DNA of 64,000 nucleotides from Laetmonice hystrix (Eukaryota): contig OZ249445.1 in assembly GCA_965235115.1 (NCBI GenBank), positions 3,410,001 through 3,474,000 on the forward strand. The letters run 5' to 3'. This document shows, piece by piece, positions 62,765-64,000 of the stretch (within the stretch, counting starts at the first letter, position 1; the number at the start of each line of letters is the position of its first letter). The notes beneath the pieces were generated by a model. The model saw only the letters and a program-made list of their open reading frames with translations, was not told where the DNA came from and did not search any database. The position numbers were made by a program, and so were the translations under genes.

Positions 62765-63282
62765 AGGGTACCTCAGACACAGAGGGGTACCTGAGACGGA
62801 ATGGGAGGGGTACCTCAGACAGAGAGGGGTACCTCGGACGGAATGGGAAGGGTACCTCAGACACAGAGGGGGACCTGAGACGGAATGGGAAGGGTACCTC
62901 AGACACAGAGGGGTACCTGAGACGGAATGGAAGGGGTACCTCAGACACAGAGGGGTACCTGAGACGGAATGGGAGGGGTACCTCAGACACAGAGGGGTAC
63001 CTGAGACGGAATGGGAGGGGTACCTCAGACACAGAGGGGTACCTGAGACGGAATGGGAGGGGTACCTCAGACACAGAGGGGGACCTAAGACGGAATGGGA
63101 GGGGTACCTCAGACAGAGAGGGGTACCTCGGACGGAATGGGAAGGGTACCTCAGACAGAGGTTGAGGGGTACATGGGACGGAATGAAAGGGGTACCTCAG
63201 ACAGAGAGGGGTACCTCGGACGGAATGGGAAGGGTACCTCAGTCAGAGAGGGGTACCTCAGACGGAATGGGAGGGGTACCTG
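62765..63282. repeat. 42-bp minisatellite, about 12 copies, with two GGTACC per unit
   Basis: GGGTACCTCAGACACAGAGGGGTACCTGAGACGGAATGGGAG; period 42. Confidence 0.95.
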
Positions 63283-63940
63283 GCGGGCAGGTGTTTTGAT
63301 CAGGGGGTTAGGAGAAGGGAGGGCGATGGAGATCGGGGTTGTTTCTGTGAAGTGGGTAAGGAGGGGAGAGGGACGAGACAGGGGGGTACTACTCCCGAGC
63401 TGGACCGACCACGTGCCCCCCCCCCCCCTTAGGCCCCAGCAGGAAGATAAACCGGTTAACTGATTTAACATAGTTAGAATAATCTGTTTTTATAGTTTTG
63501 CTGAGGACAGCAGAAGATGCGGTGGAGATGTAACAAAGACAAATGATTTCTTCTTCTCTTCCGGACCATTCTGACGGCCGTAGTTTAAATAACTGTCAAT
63601 TAGAAAAGTGAACAAACGTTTAGCATCGTCAGCCCTACCGCTGCGGGTGCTGCCGTGTATATGATGTAATTGTAAGCTGGTAAAACATGAACATCTCTCT
63701 CTGTGCTGACACTCACACACCACCCACATCCAGGACAGATTTTAGTTTCACAATAATAAGTGGCAGCCTTAGTATGTCGGCTAACCAGGCTCCTACCAAC
63801 AGATGCAGTCAAACGATTCCCAGCTCGAGCCTGTAGCTTATTTACACTGCCAACTGTAATGATCTTTTACATGAACTTATTACCTGTGTGCGACTTCTGA
63901 CGTGGTTTATAATTGTCTTCTCCCCTTGCTATGTTTGCAG

Positions 63941-64000
63941 GGTTAAATCAGCAGGGCGTCTCATCCAAACTGACAGCACAAGAACTCAGTATCCATGTTC
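63941..64000 (+). CDS. SoxD: Next coding exon of the SoxD-like gene, truncated by the window edge (G-LNQQGVSSKLTAQELSIHV...)
   Basis: Acceptor gtcttctccccttgctatgtttgCAG ends at 63940. The phase-1 frame is open to the window end, while phase 0 hits TAA at codon 2. Confidence 0.65.

Noticed and set aside
1-64000. tRNA, rRNA, tRNA-derived SINE or an autonomous transposon
   Set aside because: No A/B-box cloverleaf, rRNA signature or intact transposase/RT ORF was recognised by eye.

Overview
This window is eukaryotic (animal) genomic DNA, about 50% GC, with no prokaryotic features. It is most likely from a bilaterian invertebrate (lophotrochozoan-like; inference only). Almost all of it lies in two very long introns of one + strand gene, a SoxD (Sox5/Sox6/Sox13-class) transcription factor. 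Proposed model: ATG-bearing exon 5979-6765 (CDS from 5983), 21,064-bp intron, 40-nt micro-exon 27830-27869, 36,071-bp intron, and an exon from 63941 that runs off the window. Splice phases (0, then 1) join into one open frame: ...TKKSEKQ|KEGRMSPESPAPT G|LNQQGVSSKLTAQELSIHV. The HMG box is not in the window. The introns carry about 17 mutually unrelated minisatellites (about 12% of the window, which explain nearly all long ORFs), one MITE with a 5-bp TSD and eroded LINE RT remnants. They also contain a dense set of motifs. Four exact and several near-exact CTCF consensus sites switch from reverse to forward orientation between 37.2 and 41.2 kb, a boundary-like pattern. There are also six perfect AGGTCA nuclear-receptor half-site pairs, RFX X-boxes, and Sox and homeodomain site clusters. 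All regulatory calls are motif-level and untested.
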